Source: Candidatus Bathyarchaeota archaeon
GTDB taxonomy: Archaea > Thermoproteota > Bathyarchaeia > Bathyarchaeales > Bathyarchaeaceae
DNA: 64,000 bases
Assembly (NCBI GenBank): GCA_050123155.1
Contig: JASFHP010000002.1
Span: forward strand, 74,837 to 138,836
Direction of reading: 5' to 3'
Positions 38,718 to 48,871 of the stretch are shown here, in pieces (position 1 is the stretch's first letter; each line of letters opens with the position of its first letter). The position numbers and the translations under genes are program-made. The notes below the pieces were generated by a model that was given only the letters and a program-made list of their open reading frames with translations, ran no database searches and was not told where the DNA came from.

Positions 38718-39362
38718 ATGACTGAAAAAGACAGTTTGAGGGAAATCGAGAAAAAGACTTACATGTCTTATCATCAAGACGGTTTGATTGACATATTTGT
38801 CGGCGTTTATGTTCTGTTGTTTGGTTTAGGCATCTTACTTGGGACTGTGACAGACTTTAGTACATGGTTTGTTATTCCAGCAATTTTTCCTGCGATAATG
38901 GTGCCTATTTGGATTTCAGTTAAAAAAAGAATTACAATGCCGAGGATTGGCTATGTGAACTTTGGAGTTAGAGGCGCAAACAAGCTAATGGCAATCTTCC
39001 TCGGACTAATGGTGGCAGGTTTGGGGGTATTCATGGTTTTCACTTTTGCATCAACCCAGTGGTCATGGGCATCGATGTTGAGGGATCTGATATTTTCAAA
39101 TGGCATGATCATCATAGGCATCGCAGCAGCTTCAATATCAAGCCTCTTCGCATATACTATGGGTCTCAAGCGGCTTTACGCATATGGACTGTTAACACTT
39201 GTGCTGTTTTTTGCAGGTTATTTCATTGCTTTTCCATTCGAATATATCCTTTTAGCCATTGGACTTGTTATTATCATCAGCGGATTTGTTCTTCTGATTG
39301 GATTCATACGAAAATATCCGCTACCACAAGGTGACAAAGACATTGCCCAAAAATCCTTCTAA
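38718..39362 (+). CDS. Hypothetical polytopic membrane protein
   Basis: It starts at ATG 38718 (MTEKDSLREIEKKTYMSY...) and has about 6 TM helices. Probably co-transcribed with the downstream wHTH regulator. Confidence 0.55.
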   Translation: MTEKDSLREIEKKTYMSYHQDGLIDIFVGVYVLLFGLGILLGTVTDFSTWFVIPAIFPAIMVPIWISVKKRITMPRIGYVNFGVRGANKLMAIFLGLMVAGLGVFMVFTFASTQWSWASMLRDLIFSNGMIIIGIAAASISSLFAYTMGLKRLYAYGLLTLVLFFAGYFIAFPFEYILLAIGLVIIISGFVLLIGFIRKYPLPQGDKDIAQKSF

Positions 39363-39657
39363 TCTAAAGAATCTAGACCGTTTGATACATGAACCTACTA
39401 GACTGATGCTCATGACCCAACTCTATGTGGTAGAAAGCGCAGACTTTCTCTTCCTCCAAAATCAACTTCAGTTGACTCCAGGTAATCTGTCAGCCCATTT
39501 AAGCAAGTTAGAAACTGCAGGTTATGTGGAAATAGTGAAAGAATTCATTGAACGAAAACCTCACACAGCACTTAAACTCACAAAAAAAGGACGCAATGCC
39601 TTTAAAGAATATCAAAAAAACCTAAAACAAGTGTTTAGCGATTTACCAAAAAAATAG
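39331..39657 (+). CDS. Winged-helix transcriptional regulator (ArsR/PadR-like)
   Basis: LDRLIHEPTRLMLMTQLYVVESADFLFLQNQLQLTPGNLSAHLSKLETAGYVEIVKEFIERKPHTALKLTKKG shows the wHTH pattern. The start is GTG 39331 or TTG 39298, both overlapping the upstream gene. Confidence 0.65.
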   Translation: MTKTLPKNPSNLKNLDRLIHEPTRLMLMTQLYVVESADFLFLQNQLQLTPGNLSAHLSKLETAGYVEIVKEFIERKPHTALKLTKKGRNAFKEYQKNLKQVFSDLPKK

Positions 39658-39668
39658 GAGATTGAAAG

Positions 39669-39857
39669 ATGGCCCTCAAGGATGAAAGTATTCTAGCCAT
39701 AGGTGCGATATCAATGGCTATCGGGATTCTGATTGACCGGTTTTTACACTTCGAATTTTCAGGCTTTTCGGTTTCAGCTTTTTCAAAAGGAGTGTTTACT
39801 GGGCTATCCTCAGTGATGAACATCACCTATCTTATTCGACTGCGATCAAAAAAGTGA
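39669..39857 (+). CDS. Small two-TM membrane protein, 62 aa
   Basis: Track ORF with an ATG start and two hydrophobic segments, immediately after the regulator. Confidence 0.35.
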   Translation: MALKDESILAIGAISMAIGILIDRFLHFEFSGFSVSAFSKGVFTGLSSVMNITYLIRLRSKK

Positions 39858-39904
39858 TATGTGTTGGGTTTGGGGGTTAGATTTAATCCAACCAAACTAA
39901 TTGT

Positions 39905-40468
39905 TCAATTCTTTGCTTTCTCGATGGCTAAAAGCTTGACTAGATCTTGTTCTAAGAAATTTACCCATCCTTTCTCGTAATGAAAATCAGCATTGTCACT
40001 AATTAATCTCACATCGCAAGTGTAATGACCGTCAACAAATCCCTTGCAATCAGAATCCTTTACGGGAACTTTGCCGCATTTTGCCTTACACAATTTCTCC
40101 ACATAATTACCTATTGTTAAGTAAAGCTGTTTCACCTTGAAATTAGGCGAAATTGCCTCAGAAACCGCTTCGATCTCAGCGTTTTTCATCTCTCTTTTCG
40201 CTGCGTTAGTGAATTTTTTTCCAATAAGGATGCCTTTGTCATAATTCTTTTTTTCCAGAAAATCAGTCATTTCCCGAACAGTATCCACACCAATGTATCC
40301 TGATTTTGATTTAGGTTCAGTTATCGCCCGTATCAAGATTTTCTCATCCTCCTCGGAAGGTGAAACCGTGAAATCAACCTTTCTCTCTTTACTCCTAGTT
40401 CTCTTCCTTTTGTAGTCTCTCATAGCCGAAATCAGTTCAGCTTTCTTAACCGTTTTTTCTTCACTCAT
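39905..40468 (-). CDS. Restriction-endonuclease-like (Mrr/Rpb5-N-like) domain protein with a Cys-rich C-terminal domain
   Basis: From ATG 40468 (MSEEKTVKKAEL...). The core ILIRAITEPKSKSGYIGVDTVREMTDFLEKKNYDKGILIGKKFTNAAKREMKNAEIEAV aligns by eye with the N-domain of the long RpoH at 32470..33012. The C-terminus reads CKAKCGK...CKGFVDGHYTC. Confidence 0.55.
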   Translation of the reverse strand: MSEEKTVKKAELISAMRDYKRKRTRSKERKVDFTVSPSEEDEKILIRAITEPKSKSGYIGVDTVREMTDFLEKKNYDKGILIGKKFTNAAKREMKNAEIEAVSEAISPNFKVKQLYLTIGNYVEKLCKAKCGKVPVKDSDCKGFVDGHYTCDVRLISDNADFHYEKGWVNFLEQDLVKLLAIEKAKN

Positions 40469-40608
40469 GTTGGCATTCACTTCAAAACTTATGTGAGTCG
40501 CACGAAAAACGTGAACTAACAATCCATTATTCACCATATTCTTTCGGTGCTTCATAAATGCTCAGGTAGGCGCATTAGAAAGTGTGTGAAAGGGCTAAAT
40601 TGGATGTT

Positions 40609-42117
40609 TCATGATTGGGCTCTTGCAGTTTTCAGTATTTTGATGTCCTCTTGGTTAACGTATCCTGTGTAGTATAGCAGTATAACATAGACTGCAATAC
40701 TTGCAATCAGCCCAAGAATCACTATAACTGAATTGGATTTGGGTATAATGAAGAGGATTCCCGCCAAAATGGCGCCCGAGAACAAAATTTTGTGAAGCCC
40801 AGAAAACACATCGACTTTCAGGTGGCGCTTAATAAAAAGCGGGATTAAAATAAGAGACGTAACGCCTGTTAGGGTCAGAGAAATCGCAGCTCCATCCAGA
40901 CCAAAGATGGGCACAAGAATGAAGAGCGAGACTAGGTATTGTGTAGCGGCACCTGCCAGTAACATTCCGGATAGTTTAGCTTTACCAATTCCGATTAATA
41001 TTGAAGAAAGAGTGCGTCCGAACATAAGAAGGAATGTTCCGATTATGAGAATTTGAAGAGGCAGTACGGCTCCTCGAAAAACAGTTCCATATATTCCTAC
41101 AACTATTGGTTCTGCTAAAGCAAAAATTATTATCGTCAAGGGTAAACCTAAAAGGAGAGGATATTTCACAGAAATTTTAACGTATTTTTCCATCAGGGCA
41201 TCGTCTTTTTTGCTCCATGCTTCAGACATAGATGAGAGAATTGGAAGAGAGAAAGCCGTCATAGAAAAAAGTACACTGGATACTGCGTCTGCAACACTGT
41301 AAACTCCCACATTGGCGTAATCAAAGAACAAATTGAGTATAGGTATGTCCAAGCTCTTCATTATCATGAACGAGATTTTTCCAACTGATATAGAAAAACC
41401 AAAAATGAGTATGTGCTTAAACTGCTTCAAATCCTCTAATACTGAATATTCCCTGTTTTTATTTGTAAAAAGGTCTATGTTATATGAAATCAGATCTTTG
41501 ATGTATGGCCTTAAAAAATATGTGCAAAGCAGTAATTGGCAGATAGGAGCAACCACCACCAAGACGGGCAATAGGTCAGTGGGTAAAGCTAACATCGCAA
41601 ATATTGTGCCAATTATTGAGACCGCATAAAATCCGCTAGACTGTATTATCGAAAGTTGTTTGCTTTTATGTAGTGACCCTATTATTGAGGACAGCGAGTC
41701 TTTTGTTCCTGAAAACAGGAATGCGAATGCCAGAGAGAGAAGCATTATCCGGAATATAATGTCTGATGTTTGAAAGGATAGAACGGCTAAGAAAATGAAT
41801 ATTACTAAACTTATCACCGTGAGATACCTCACATAGTTTGAGAAGTAGCGAGCGAGATTTGCGTCTTTTTTGGTTAAATATCCTGCACCAAAATGGATTA
41901 ACCCCTCAAATAGTCCCCCAAAAATGAGTGCCCACAAAAAATCGAACACTGAATAAGCCATACTGAATAAACCAAAACCAGAGGGTCCGTATACTCTGCT
42001 CACTTGAATTCCCAACAAAAGCCAGAAAACACCGCTTAGGATCATGAGTCCCAAGAACCAGACCCCGCCTGAAACTAGCCTTCCTGGTCCAACATTGCTG
42101 AGATCTTTTTCCATCAT
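40609..42117 (-). CDS. Polysaccharide biosynthesis / oligosaccharide flippase (MOP superfamily, Wzx-like)
   Basis: Its 502 aa contain about 14 TM helices, the typical topology and size for the family. Confidence 0.7.
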   Translation of the reverse strand: MMEKDLSNVGPGRLVSGGVWFLGLMILSGVFWLLLGIQVSRVYGPSGFGLFSMAYSVFDFLWALIFGGLFEGLIHFGAGYLTKKDANLARYFSNYVRYLTVISLVIFIFLAVLSFQTSDIIFRIMLLSLAFAFLFSGTKDSLSSIIGSLHKSKQLSIIQSSGFYAVSIIGTIFAMLALPTDLLPVLVVVAPICQLLLCTYFLRPYIKDLISYNIDLFTNKNREYSVLEDLKQFKHILIFGFSISVGKISFMIMKSLDIPILNLFFDYANVGVYSVADAVSSVLFSMTAFSLPILSSMSEAWSKKDDALMEKYVKISVKYPLLLGLPLTIIIFALAEPIVVGIYGTVFRGAVLPLQILIIGTFLLMFGRTLSSILIGIGKAKLSGMLLAGAATQYLVSLFILVPIFGLDGAAISLTLTGVTSLILIPLFIKRHLKVDVFSGLHKILFSGAILAGILFIIPKSNSVIVILGLIASIAVYVILLYYTGYVNQEDIKILKTARAQS

Positions 42118-42296
42118 TATACACCCTATTTTTTGCTCTAGGTTGTTGTGGTGTCATCCTTTCCAGTAAAGCTTCATTTCTTTAGGCGTTACTCTGATAT
42201 AAAGTTCTGGCAAAAACGAGTGATTTGAGGACAAATCGAAACTAAAAAGGGATAATAAGCATCGGCTAACTGGACATTTTTTGGATATTTGCAGTC

Positions 42297-42689
42297 CTAG
42301 GAGTAACCTGCTTTTGAAAGTGTGTTTGAGATTGTTTCAAGATCGCGCATTTGAAGCTTGTGTGCCTCTTTGATTATGGGGTTAACGACCTTGAGCACTT
42401 TTAAGCCCCTTGCAGTAACAATGTAAAAGATTTCGCTTTCACCCAAATTTTGTTGTTCAATGAGACCACGATCAATCAGCAACCTCAGATGCGGCATCAG
42501 ACGGAGTGTGTCAAGTTCAACTTTATACGACAGTTGGGTGAACCTCATGGGACCTTTAGAAACCAAAGCACAAAGAATGTCAATGCAGACAACCAACTTT
42601 GATCTGTATGGTTTCTCATCATTTTGCTTTCCAGTTTTTCCTTCCCTTCCGAGAATGAATGATTTGGCTTTATCTAATGTGTTTGGCAT
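42297..42689 (-). CDS. Archaeal winged helix-turn-helix protein
   Basis: CIDILCALVSKGPMRFTQLSYKVELDTLRLMPHLRLLIDRGLIEQQNLGESEIFYIVTARGLKVL shows the wHTH pattern. Confidence 0.6.
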   Translation of the reverse strand: MPNTLDKAKSFILGREGKTGKQNDEKPYRSKLVVCIDILCALVSKGPMRFTQLSYKVELDTLRLMPHLRLLIDRGLIEQQNLGESEIFYIVTARGLKVLKVVNPIIKEAHKLQMRDLETISNTLSKAGYS

Positions 42690-42908
42690 TTCTTTTCAGG
42701 CTATTAGTCTTTGCACTTTGTTTTATATGGATTGTGAATTCTAAATTTAAATCCAAAATCACAAAATTTTTACAAGGACAGTTAGCATCAAAACCAAACC
42801 TAGAATTTGAAAGAAACATTCCAGTTTTTCAATAAACTGGTGTGTGGAGCCAAAAAAAACTTAAACTGCTAGCCTTTTCCTGTTAGCTGTACGAAGAGGT
42901 AAACGGGA

Positions 42909-44288
42909 ATGAGGAAGCTTTCGGTGGCAAAATTCGGCGGAAGTCTCTTGAGCGATGAGGGCGAAAAGATACCTGCGATTTTGGATTGCATAAAATCACT
43001 CCGAAATCAGGATGATTTGGGTCCTGTGGTTGTTTTCTCTGCGCCAAACGGTTTCACGGATGCACTCATTCGAATAGGCGAATCTTACACTAATTCTAGG
43101 CCTCTCCCAATAGATTCTATCTTCAACACGTACGAGAGAATAGCAGGAACCTATGTCAAAGGCAAGTATCTGAAAGAGGCTGTTCATGAGTTACAGGAAT
43201 ATCGGCAGCAGATGGATGAATCTGTCTCTTCAATCAATAAGCGTTTTCGGGGAACCGTTAAAGCAAAAGTTCTAACCAATGGCGGAGAATTGCCCACATC
43301 TGTTCTTATGGAATACATCATGAAAAGCAGCGGTTTAGATTCCTGCCACATTCCTAAAGAGCAATGGCCTATTGTGACAGATGACAACTTCGAAAATGCC
43401 ACTCCCGATTACGAGCTGAGCAAAAATAGGATTAACCACCTTATTCAGTCACTGGAAGCTGGAAACGTAGTTGTGCAAGGTGGCTTCCTCGGCATCACAA
43501 GTGACGGGCTGGAGACAATGCTTGGAAGAGGCGGCTCCGATCTTACGGCAGTTTTTGTTTCGTGCCTGTTGGCGGAAAGATATAATGTTGAAACGGTTTT
43601 GTTCAAAGAAGTGTCTGTTCAAAGCGCTGATCCATCGATAGTTAAAGACCAGACAACCGAGCATCTGGCATCTCTCAGCTACAATGAAGCCCACAAAGCA
43701 TCCAAGATGGGAATGAAGATTGTTCAAGGCGAAGCCATCTCGATGGCAAAACAATTCAAGCAGCCCATAAAGGTGACGCCAATCTCTAGACCCGAAGAGT
43801 ATACGGTGATTCAGGCTGAAAGCGCTGGTGACCAAACCGTGAAGTGCGTAACCGGAAAAACAGGATGTGCAATTCTGACAATGGATGACCGGAACAGCCG
43901 ATCATTGGAGGATGCGCTGAGGATTTGGGAAAACTGCAACGACTTCCTTGATTTGGGAACCGAGACACTTGAGACTGGGAAGAGGATTCGAGATTTTCTG
44001 TTTCTTGATTCAGAGTTTCTGAGAAAAAATGAGGAACGGCTCAGAGGCTTTGATGAAGATTTAACAATCGAAGACGGCGTTGGCGTGGTTACCCTCATCG
44101 GAGACGGAATGAAATACTCGTCTGGAGTTGCTTCAATCGCCATAGGAGCCATACCTGGAATTAACATAAAGCGGGGCATCTTTGCGCCGCACACATCACA
44201 GATAATTTTGGTGGTCGACGAAAGCAATGTTGGCGCCACTGTTGCAGCAATCCATGCTAAAAGACCTGAAATGAACAAACCGCATTAG
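42909..44288 (+). CDS. Aspartate kinase (amino-acid kinase domain plus C-terminal ACT domains)
   Basis: The N-terminus is KFGGSLL. The GRGGSDLTA motif is present, and two C-terminal ACT-like repeats follow (AILTMDD..., VVTLIGDGM). Confidence 0.8.
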   Translation: MRKLSVAKFGGSLLSDEGEKIPAILDCIKSLRNQDDLGPVVVFSAPNGFTDALIRIGESYTNSRPLPIDSIFNTYERIAGTYVKGKYLKEAVHELQEYRQQMDESVSSINKRFRGTVKAKVLTNGGELPTSVLMEYIMKSSGLDSCHIPKEQWPIVTDDNFENATPDYELSKNRINHLIQSLEAGNVVVQGGFLGITSDGLETMLGRGGSDLTAVFVSCLLAERYNVETVLFKEVSVQSADPSIVKDQTTEHLASLSYNEAHKASKMGMKIVQGEAISMAKQFKQPIKVTPISRPEEYTVIQAESAGDQTVKCVTGKTGCAILTMDDRNSRSLEDALRIWENCNDFLDLGTETLETGKRIRDFLFLDSEFLRKNEERLRGFDEDLTIEDGVGVVTLIGDGMKYSSGVASIAIGAIPGINIKRGIFAPHTSQIILVVDESNVGATVAAIHAKRPEMNKPH

Positions 44289-44378
44289 TGTTATTTCTGA
44301 AGTTAATCGAAAGATAGATGAGCGGCATCACCCATTTTTGGTCAACAGATTCGACAAGAGTGTTGAAGGGAATAATCT

Positions 44379-44543
44379 ATGAAGATTTTAGCCATAGACA
44401 TAGGTGCTGGAACCGAAGACATCCTGCTTTATGATGACCAAAAACAGAGTGTCGAGAACTGCATGAAGATAATTACTCATACACCTTATCATAGAAAATT
44501 TAGTCTAAGTCATCCCATGGTCCAGGCCAATCAGGAAAAGTGA
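44379..44543 (+). pseudogene. N-terminal fragment homologous to the start of gene 46505..47575
   Basis: MKILAIDIGAGTEDILLYDDQKQSVENCMKI... matches MKILAIDIGAGTKDILLYNSVLENIENCIKM... at 46505. Similarity ends after about 30 codons, and the frame then runs into the 3' end of the convergent gene 44500..45825. Confidence 0.5.
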
Positions 44544-45825
44544 TGGTTGCATTTGCTTCTTTCATAAGCTTCAAGGGATCAACAGGCACTTGTACTCCAT
44601 CTTGCCACTGAAAGCCCATGACAATGGAGTGATCTGCATTTGGATCGTTAGCGTCCTTTCCCATCATCAAAGCATGCGATTCAGTGAAAACAAAATCTCT
44701 AGCATTAGAGGTTTCAACACTAGTCTCCTCCAAAGCCTCAATCACAGCATCAGTCTCAATAGTCCCAGCCCGTTCAATAGCATCTGTCAAAATAAACTTT
44801 ACACCATCATAAACAGTAGCTGCAGTCCAAGTAATAGCTTCACCCCACCTATTCATGTACGCATCTCTGGTCGGTAATGTTTTACTAGTAAATGGATAAC
44901 CTGTTGTAGTGGGAACATTGCCAAAATCCATATGATTACATTTTCCCTCTGTCCATTCCCAACCTCTAGGATCAGAAGCCAACAAATTAGTCCCCCCAAA
45001 AACAAGCATCGGAGATTGACGATCATAATACTCCTTAACGAAGGGTATACCCCCATCCATTGCAATCATCGGAACCATCACTTCTACTCCTGCAGCCTCA
45101 GCAGCAGCAAAATAGCTCGAAAAATCAACAGTTCCTAATGGAAACGTTCCTTTGTATACAAGCTCAAAACCATTTTCTGGAAGAAAAACATCCAAGCCTT
45201 CCTTCATGCCCATACTCCAACCCAAATCTTCAACCAAATAGCCAACTTTATTGAATCCAGTCATCTCTCTGATGTGAATGAGGCTATCTGTCATCCCTAA
45301 CTTTGCACAAGTATCATTGAACATGGTACTAAAATAGTACTTGAATGTGTCATAGTCATCCAAAACCCTCTGTGTTATCGCATCAGGGATTGACATTCCT
45401 GAAATGCAGATAATTTTGTGTTGAGCAATGATATCTTGTAATAGAATTTCCGATCCACCAGCCCCTCCCACAATAAAATCTACATTATGAATTGTTATTA
45501 GCTTGGTTAAGGCATTAGTTAGAATAACTGAATCTGTTCCCCCATCATGGTCCTCTCCAATCAATTCTACCTGTCTTCCTAATATGCCGCCTTCTGCGTT
45601 GATTTCTTCAACAGCCAATATTGCAGCTTGCCAATTCGGTTTACCCACTACACCATCTAAATCTCCTAAGAAACCTATCTTGATAGTTCCAGAAGTCTGC
45701 TCTTCTGCACCTAACAACACATATGTAACTCCTACACCTACTGCAGCAACAACAATTATAGCAACCAGAATAATTGTTTGAATTTTAGTTAATGCTCTGG
45801 AATTAAACAATGAGCTTCTCCCCAT
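44500..45825 (-). CDS. ABC transporter substrate-binding protein (branched-chain amino acid / LivJ-like type I PBP), membrane-anchored
   Basis: An N-terminal TM anchor is followed by IKIGFLGDLDG...GGILGRQVELIGEDHDG, the typical Peripla_BP_6 pattern. No permease or ATPase genes are adjacent. Confidence 0.8.
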   Translation of the reverse strand: MGRSSLFNSRALTKIQTIILVAIIVVAAVGVGVTYVLLGAEEQTSGTIKIGFLGDLDGVVGKPNWQAAILAVEEINAEGGILGRQVELIGEDHDGGTDSVILTNALTKLITIHNVDFIVGGAGGSEILLQDIIAQHKIICISGMSIPDAITQRVLDDYDTFKYYFSTMFNDTCAKLGMTDSLIHIREMTGFNKVGYLVEDLGWSMGMKEGLDVFLPENGFELVYKGTFPLGTVDFSSYFAAAEAAGVEVMVPMIAMDGGIPFVKEYYDRQSPMLVFGGTNLLASDPRGWEWTEGKCNHMDFGNVPTTTGYPFTSKTLPTRDAYMNRWGEAITWTAATVYDGVKFILTDAIERAGTIETDAVIEALEETSVETSNARDFVFTESHALMMGKDANDPNADHSIVMGFQWQDGVQVPVDPLKLMKEANATITFPDWPGPWDDLD

Positions 45826-45878
45826 ATAGAATTACATTGATTGGAAATCGAATATAACGTTTACTACGATAAAATTGA

Positions 45879-46295
45879 GTGAAAAATTATTTCAATACAA
45901 TCATTGGTAATAGTGGTTTGTTGATGGCTTTGCAGAACAGTAACTTGGAGCCTCTCCTAAAGAAAGCAAAAGAATATGAGAAAAAGTATGAATGGCTCCA
46001 AGCTGCGAAGTATTACAAAAAGGCTTCCGACTTGGCTCTTGCTGAAAAATGTGTTTTGAAAACAGCTGAATTTCAAGAGTGTTTAGGTTTATGTTTCAAT
46101 CGGGCTGCAAGTCAGGTTCAAACCAACCTTGAATATAAAAAATGCATAAAACAAGCCATAAAAGCTTATGAAAAAACGCTAAAACTTCTTCAGGAAGCTG
46201 AAGTAGAGGATAAGCAAGTGAGAATAAACCACGCCAATGCTTTTGCAGCCTTTTTTAAAGCTAAGCTGGAGAAGAACCCAATATGCTTAAGATAG
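45879..46295 (+). CDS. Hypothetical helical (TPR-like) protein
   Basis: Track ORF with a GTG start. It contains the helical repeats WLQAAKYYKKASDLALAEK and CIKQAIKAYEKTLKLL. Confidence 0.4.
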   Translation: MKNYFNTIIGNSGLLMALQNSNLEPLLKKAKEYEKKYEWLQAAKYYKKASDLALAEKCVLKTAEFQECLGLCFNRAASQVQTNLEYKKCIKQAIKAYEKTLKLLQEAEVEDKQVRINHANAFAAFFKAKLEKNPICLR

Positions 46296-46504
46296 AATTT
46301 GTCACATTCTGACTAGGAAAAATCATCAGACATTCTCTTGTACAATCAAAGTTAGCTAATTGGTAAACAGGTAGATAGCCAATAAAAATACTACGCACGT
46401 GCATTAGATTTACTGGTACGCTAATGCTCTATTTACTAAATGCTTATGTGTCTCTTTCCTAAGTGAGAGAATAACTAACGAATATCGTGAAGTTGTGAAA
46501 GTAC

Positions 46505-47575
46505 ATGAAGATATTAGCAATAGACATAGGTGCAGGCACTAAAGACATTCTACTTTATAATTCAGTACTCGAAAATATTGAAAATTGCATAAAGATGGTT
46601 CTGCCCTCCCCATCCCAAGTTTTTGCAGAGAAAGTAAAAACCGCAACTCGCAAAGGTAAGGACCTCTTTGTTAAGGGTGACACGATAGGCGGAGGCGCCT
46701 TTTCGCATGCCCTGAAAAAACATGTTGAAGCTGGATTTAGAGTCTGCATGACAGAAAATGCAGCATACACCGTAAGAAACAATCTGGGTCAAGTCAGAGA
46801 ACGGGGAATCGAAATCATCCACGATTCTGGACCAGAAAACTTCAAAGGAGAAACAATAATTCTTGAAGAAGTAAACATCGGTAAACTGCGTGGCTTATTG
46901 AAGTTTTTCGGAGAACCCTTTTCGGACATAAATTTTGTTGCTGTTGCAGTTCAGGACCATGGAGTTTTCCCAGAGGAAATGAGCAACAGACGGTTCCGCA
47001 TCAACAAAATTAGAGAACTGCTGGAAAAGAATCCGAAGCCTGAAGCATTCGCCTTCAGGGAAAACGAAATTCCCCCATATTATCCACGAATGAAGTCCTC
47101 TGTGCTTGCCTCGAAGAGACAGCTGCCGAATGCACAGGTGGTGGTTATGGACACTTCTCCGGATGCGATACTTGGGTGTCTAATGGACCCGGTTGTAGAG
47201 AAGGCTGATCCGATTCTGGCTGTTAATGTGGGCAATGGGCACACCATGGCTGCAATAATATCAGGGGACGAAGTCACCGCAGTATTGGAGCATCATACGC
47301 GACTGTTGAATCCGCAGAAGATGGAGAGGCTTCTAAGGGACTTTGCAGACGGAAAGCTCTGCGATGAAGAAGTTTTCGAAGACAATGGACACGGCATGTT
47401 CTATCTGAGCAAACCAGCGGGCTTCTCTGAAATCGAAAAAGTGGTGGTGACGGGGCCAAACAGGAAGGTCTTAGCCAAAACAAATCTCAATGTTCATTTC
47501 GCAACTCCTGCAGGCGACGTGATGATGACTGGGCCCATCGGCTTGGTTGAAGCAACCAAAAGAAAACTGTTGTAA
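46505..47575 (+). CDS. ASKHA (actin-like ATPase) fold protein; it resembles DUF1786 (recollection, unverified)
   Basis: The N-terminal phosphate-1 motif is MKILAIDIGAGTKD. A second nucleotide-binding-like motif is AVNVGNGHT. Confidence 0.55.
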   Translation: MKILAIDIGAGTKDILLYNSVLENIENCIKMVLPSPSQVFAEKVKTATRKGKDLFVKGDTIGGGAFSHALKKHVEAGFRVCMTENAAYTVRNNLGQVRERGIEIIHDSGPENFKGETIILEEVNIGKLRGLLKFFGEPFSDINFVAVAVQDHGVFPEEMSNRRFRINKIRELLEKNPKPEAFAFRENEIPPYYPRMKSSVLASKRQLPNAQVVVMDTSPDAILGCLMDPVVEKADPILAVNVGNGHTMAAIISGDEVTAVLEHHTRLLNPQKMERLLRDFADGKLCDEEVFEDNGHGMFYLSKPAGFSEIEKVVVTGPNRKVLAKTNLNVHFATPAGDVMMTGPIGLVEATKRKLL

Positions 47576-47586
47576 ATTAGGCTGTA

Positions 47587-48570
47587 TTATGGTTTGTAGC
47601 CATTTAGGTTGTTGATGGCTAACACTGCCTCGGTTATGTCCGCTGTTGTTCCTGGGCTCAGGTTGTGTTCTGGATCCCTTAGTTTGCCGTCCAGCTTCTG
47701 GAGCAGATTTCTTCCCAAAGGCGTTACTAAGCCCCCCTCCTTTAACACCCTTCCAGCCTCGGCTGAGATGATTTCCGCCTTAGCTTGACCCACCTTTCGG
47801 GAGATGAACGTGTCCGGCACTTCGGCGAGAATCTTCAGGAAAGCGTGGACAGTAGCCGTGTTGATGTCTCCTGTCTCTTCAAGCTGCTCAACGAAATAGG
47901 GGTAACCAAGATCGAAGGTGATTGGATAATTATGAACCCACTCAGATGCAATGGAGTCATATGCAGAAGCAATCTTAAACGTGTCAAACAGAGTCACGCC
48001 TTCATCCAGAATCCTCTTCTTTGATTCTGGGTCTGTCACATCCAATCTCTTAACCTTGTTCAATCCCCCAGGATTAAGGAGAGCTATCGCATCGTAAACA
48101 GCCACGGCATCGTCCGGAGTCGTCGACTCAACAACCACCTTGATGTTCCCTCTAAGCTTGGATAAAGAAAAACTGTTACTGATCATACCCGCCGCAGCCG
48201 CTATGGGAACAAGCAAAATTATTGCACCCAACAGAGTGTTGCCGCCGCTCTGGCTCCAGCTCATTCTTTCAACAGCGTCTTTGATTATGCCTCCGATGCC
48301 CGTCTCTGAGGGAACGATTTTTTCCTCAGAAACTTTGATTCCCTGTTCAGCTGCCTTCCTGAAGGATGGTGTTACTGCAACTGCTGACGCCAAAAAATGT
48401 TCATATCTGGTTTCTGGAAAGTCTGCTGTTCTGTGGATGTTTCCGGGCTTCGGGTAGCCGCTGACCTCTAGGAGAATGGCGAGTTCTAGGCATCTGGAGA
48501 TGTGATCAGTCTTCTCTGTGAGTGGGACATGATCCATGATAGCATACCTTTGGTTGCTGTTTGCTGTCAC
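47587..48570 (-). CDS. CitG-family protein (triphosphoribosyl-dephospho-CoA synthase-like)
   Basis: The signature LEVSGYPKPGNIHR (the E....PKPG motif of the CitG/MdcB family) is present, and the size is 327 aa. Confidence 0.7.
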   Translation of the reverse strand: MTANSNQRYAIMDHVPLTEKTDHISRCLELAILLEVSGYPKPGNIHRTADFPETRYEHFLASAVAVTPSFRKAAEQGIKVSEEKIVPSETGIGGIIKDAVERMSWSQSGGNTLLGAIILLVPIAAAAGMISNSFSLSKLRGNIKVVVESTTPDDAVAVYDAIALLNPGGLNKVKRLDVTDPESKKRILDEGVTLFDTFKIASAYDSIASEWVHNYPITFDLGYPYFVEQLEETGDINTATVHAFLKILAEVPDTFISRKVGQAKAEIISAEAGRVLKEGGLVTPLGRNLLQKLDGKLRDPEHNLSPGTTADITEAVLAINNLNGYKP

Positions 48571-48629
48571 TGTGTCAGCGTGATTTAATTAGTTTGCGTA
48601 AAAGCTTGTACACGATAAAAAGGGCACAG

Positions 48630-48684
48630 CATATTAGGAGACTAATAACAGAAGATTGTTGAAAAACAGCTTTTTTCAGGAAAA
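48630..48684 (+). repeat. Dispersed intergenic element, copy 4
   Basis: Sequence CATATTAGGAGACTAATAACAGAAGATTGTTGAAAAACAGCTTTTTTCAGGAAAA. It lies 60 nt from the start codon of the CitG-like gene. Confidence 0.85.
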
Positions 48685-48871
48685 GCGACAGCAAGAATTA
48701 ATATCATATCAACTTGGAAACCACCAAGTTAGGAACCAAAAAAGGTTTAAAAACTGCAAAGAAAGTTAAAAAGGAGAACATAGAAGGCAGATGCTTTAGA
48801 TTTAAGCTTGTTGAGGTTCAACTCTTAACAGTTTAAGATTTATTGTTCAAAAATGTAGTGTGAGTCTATAG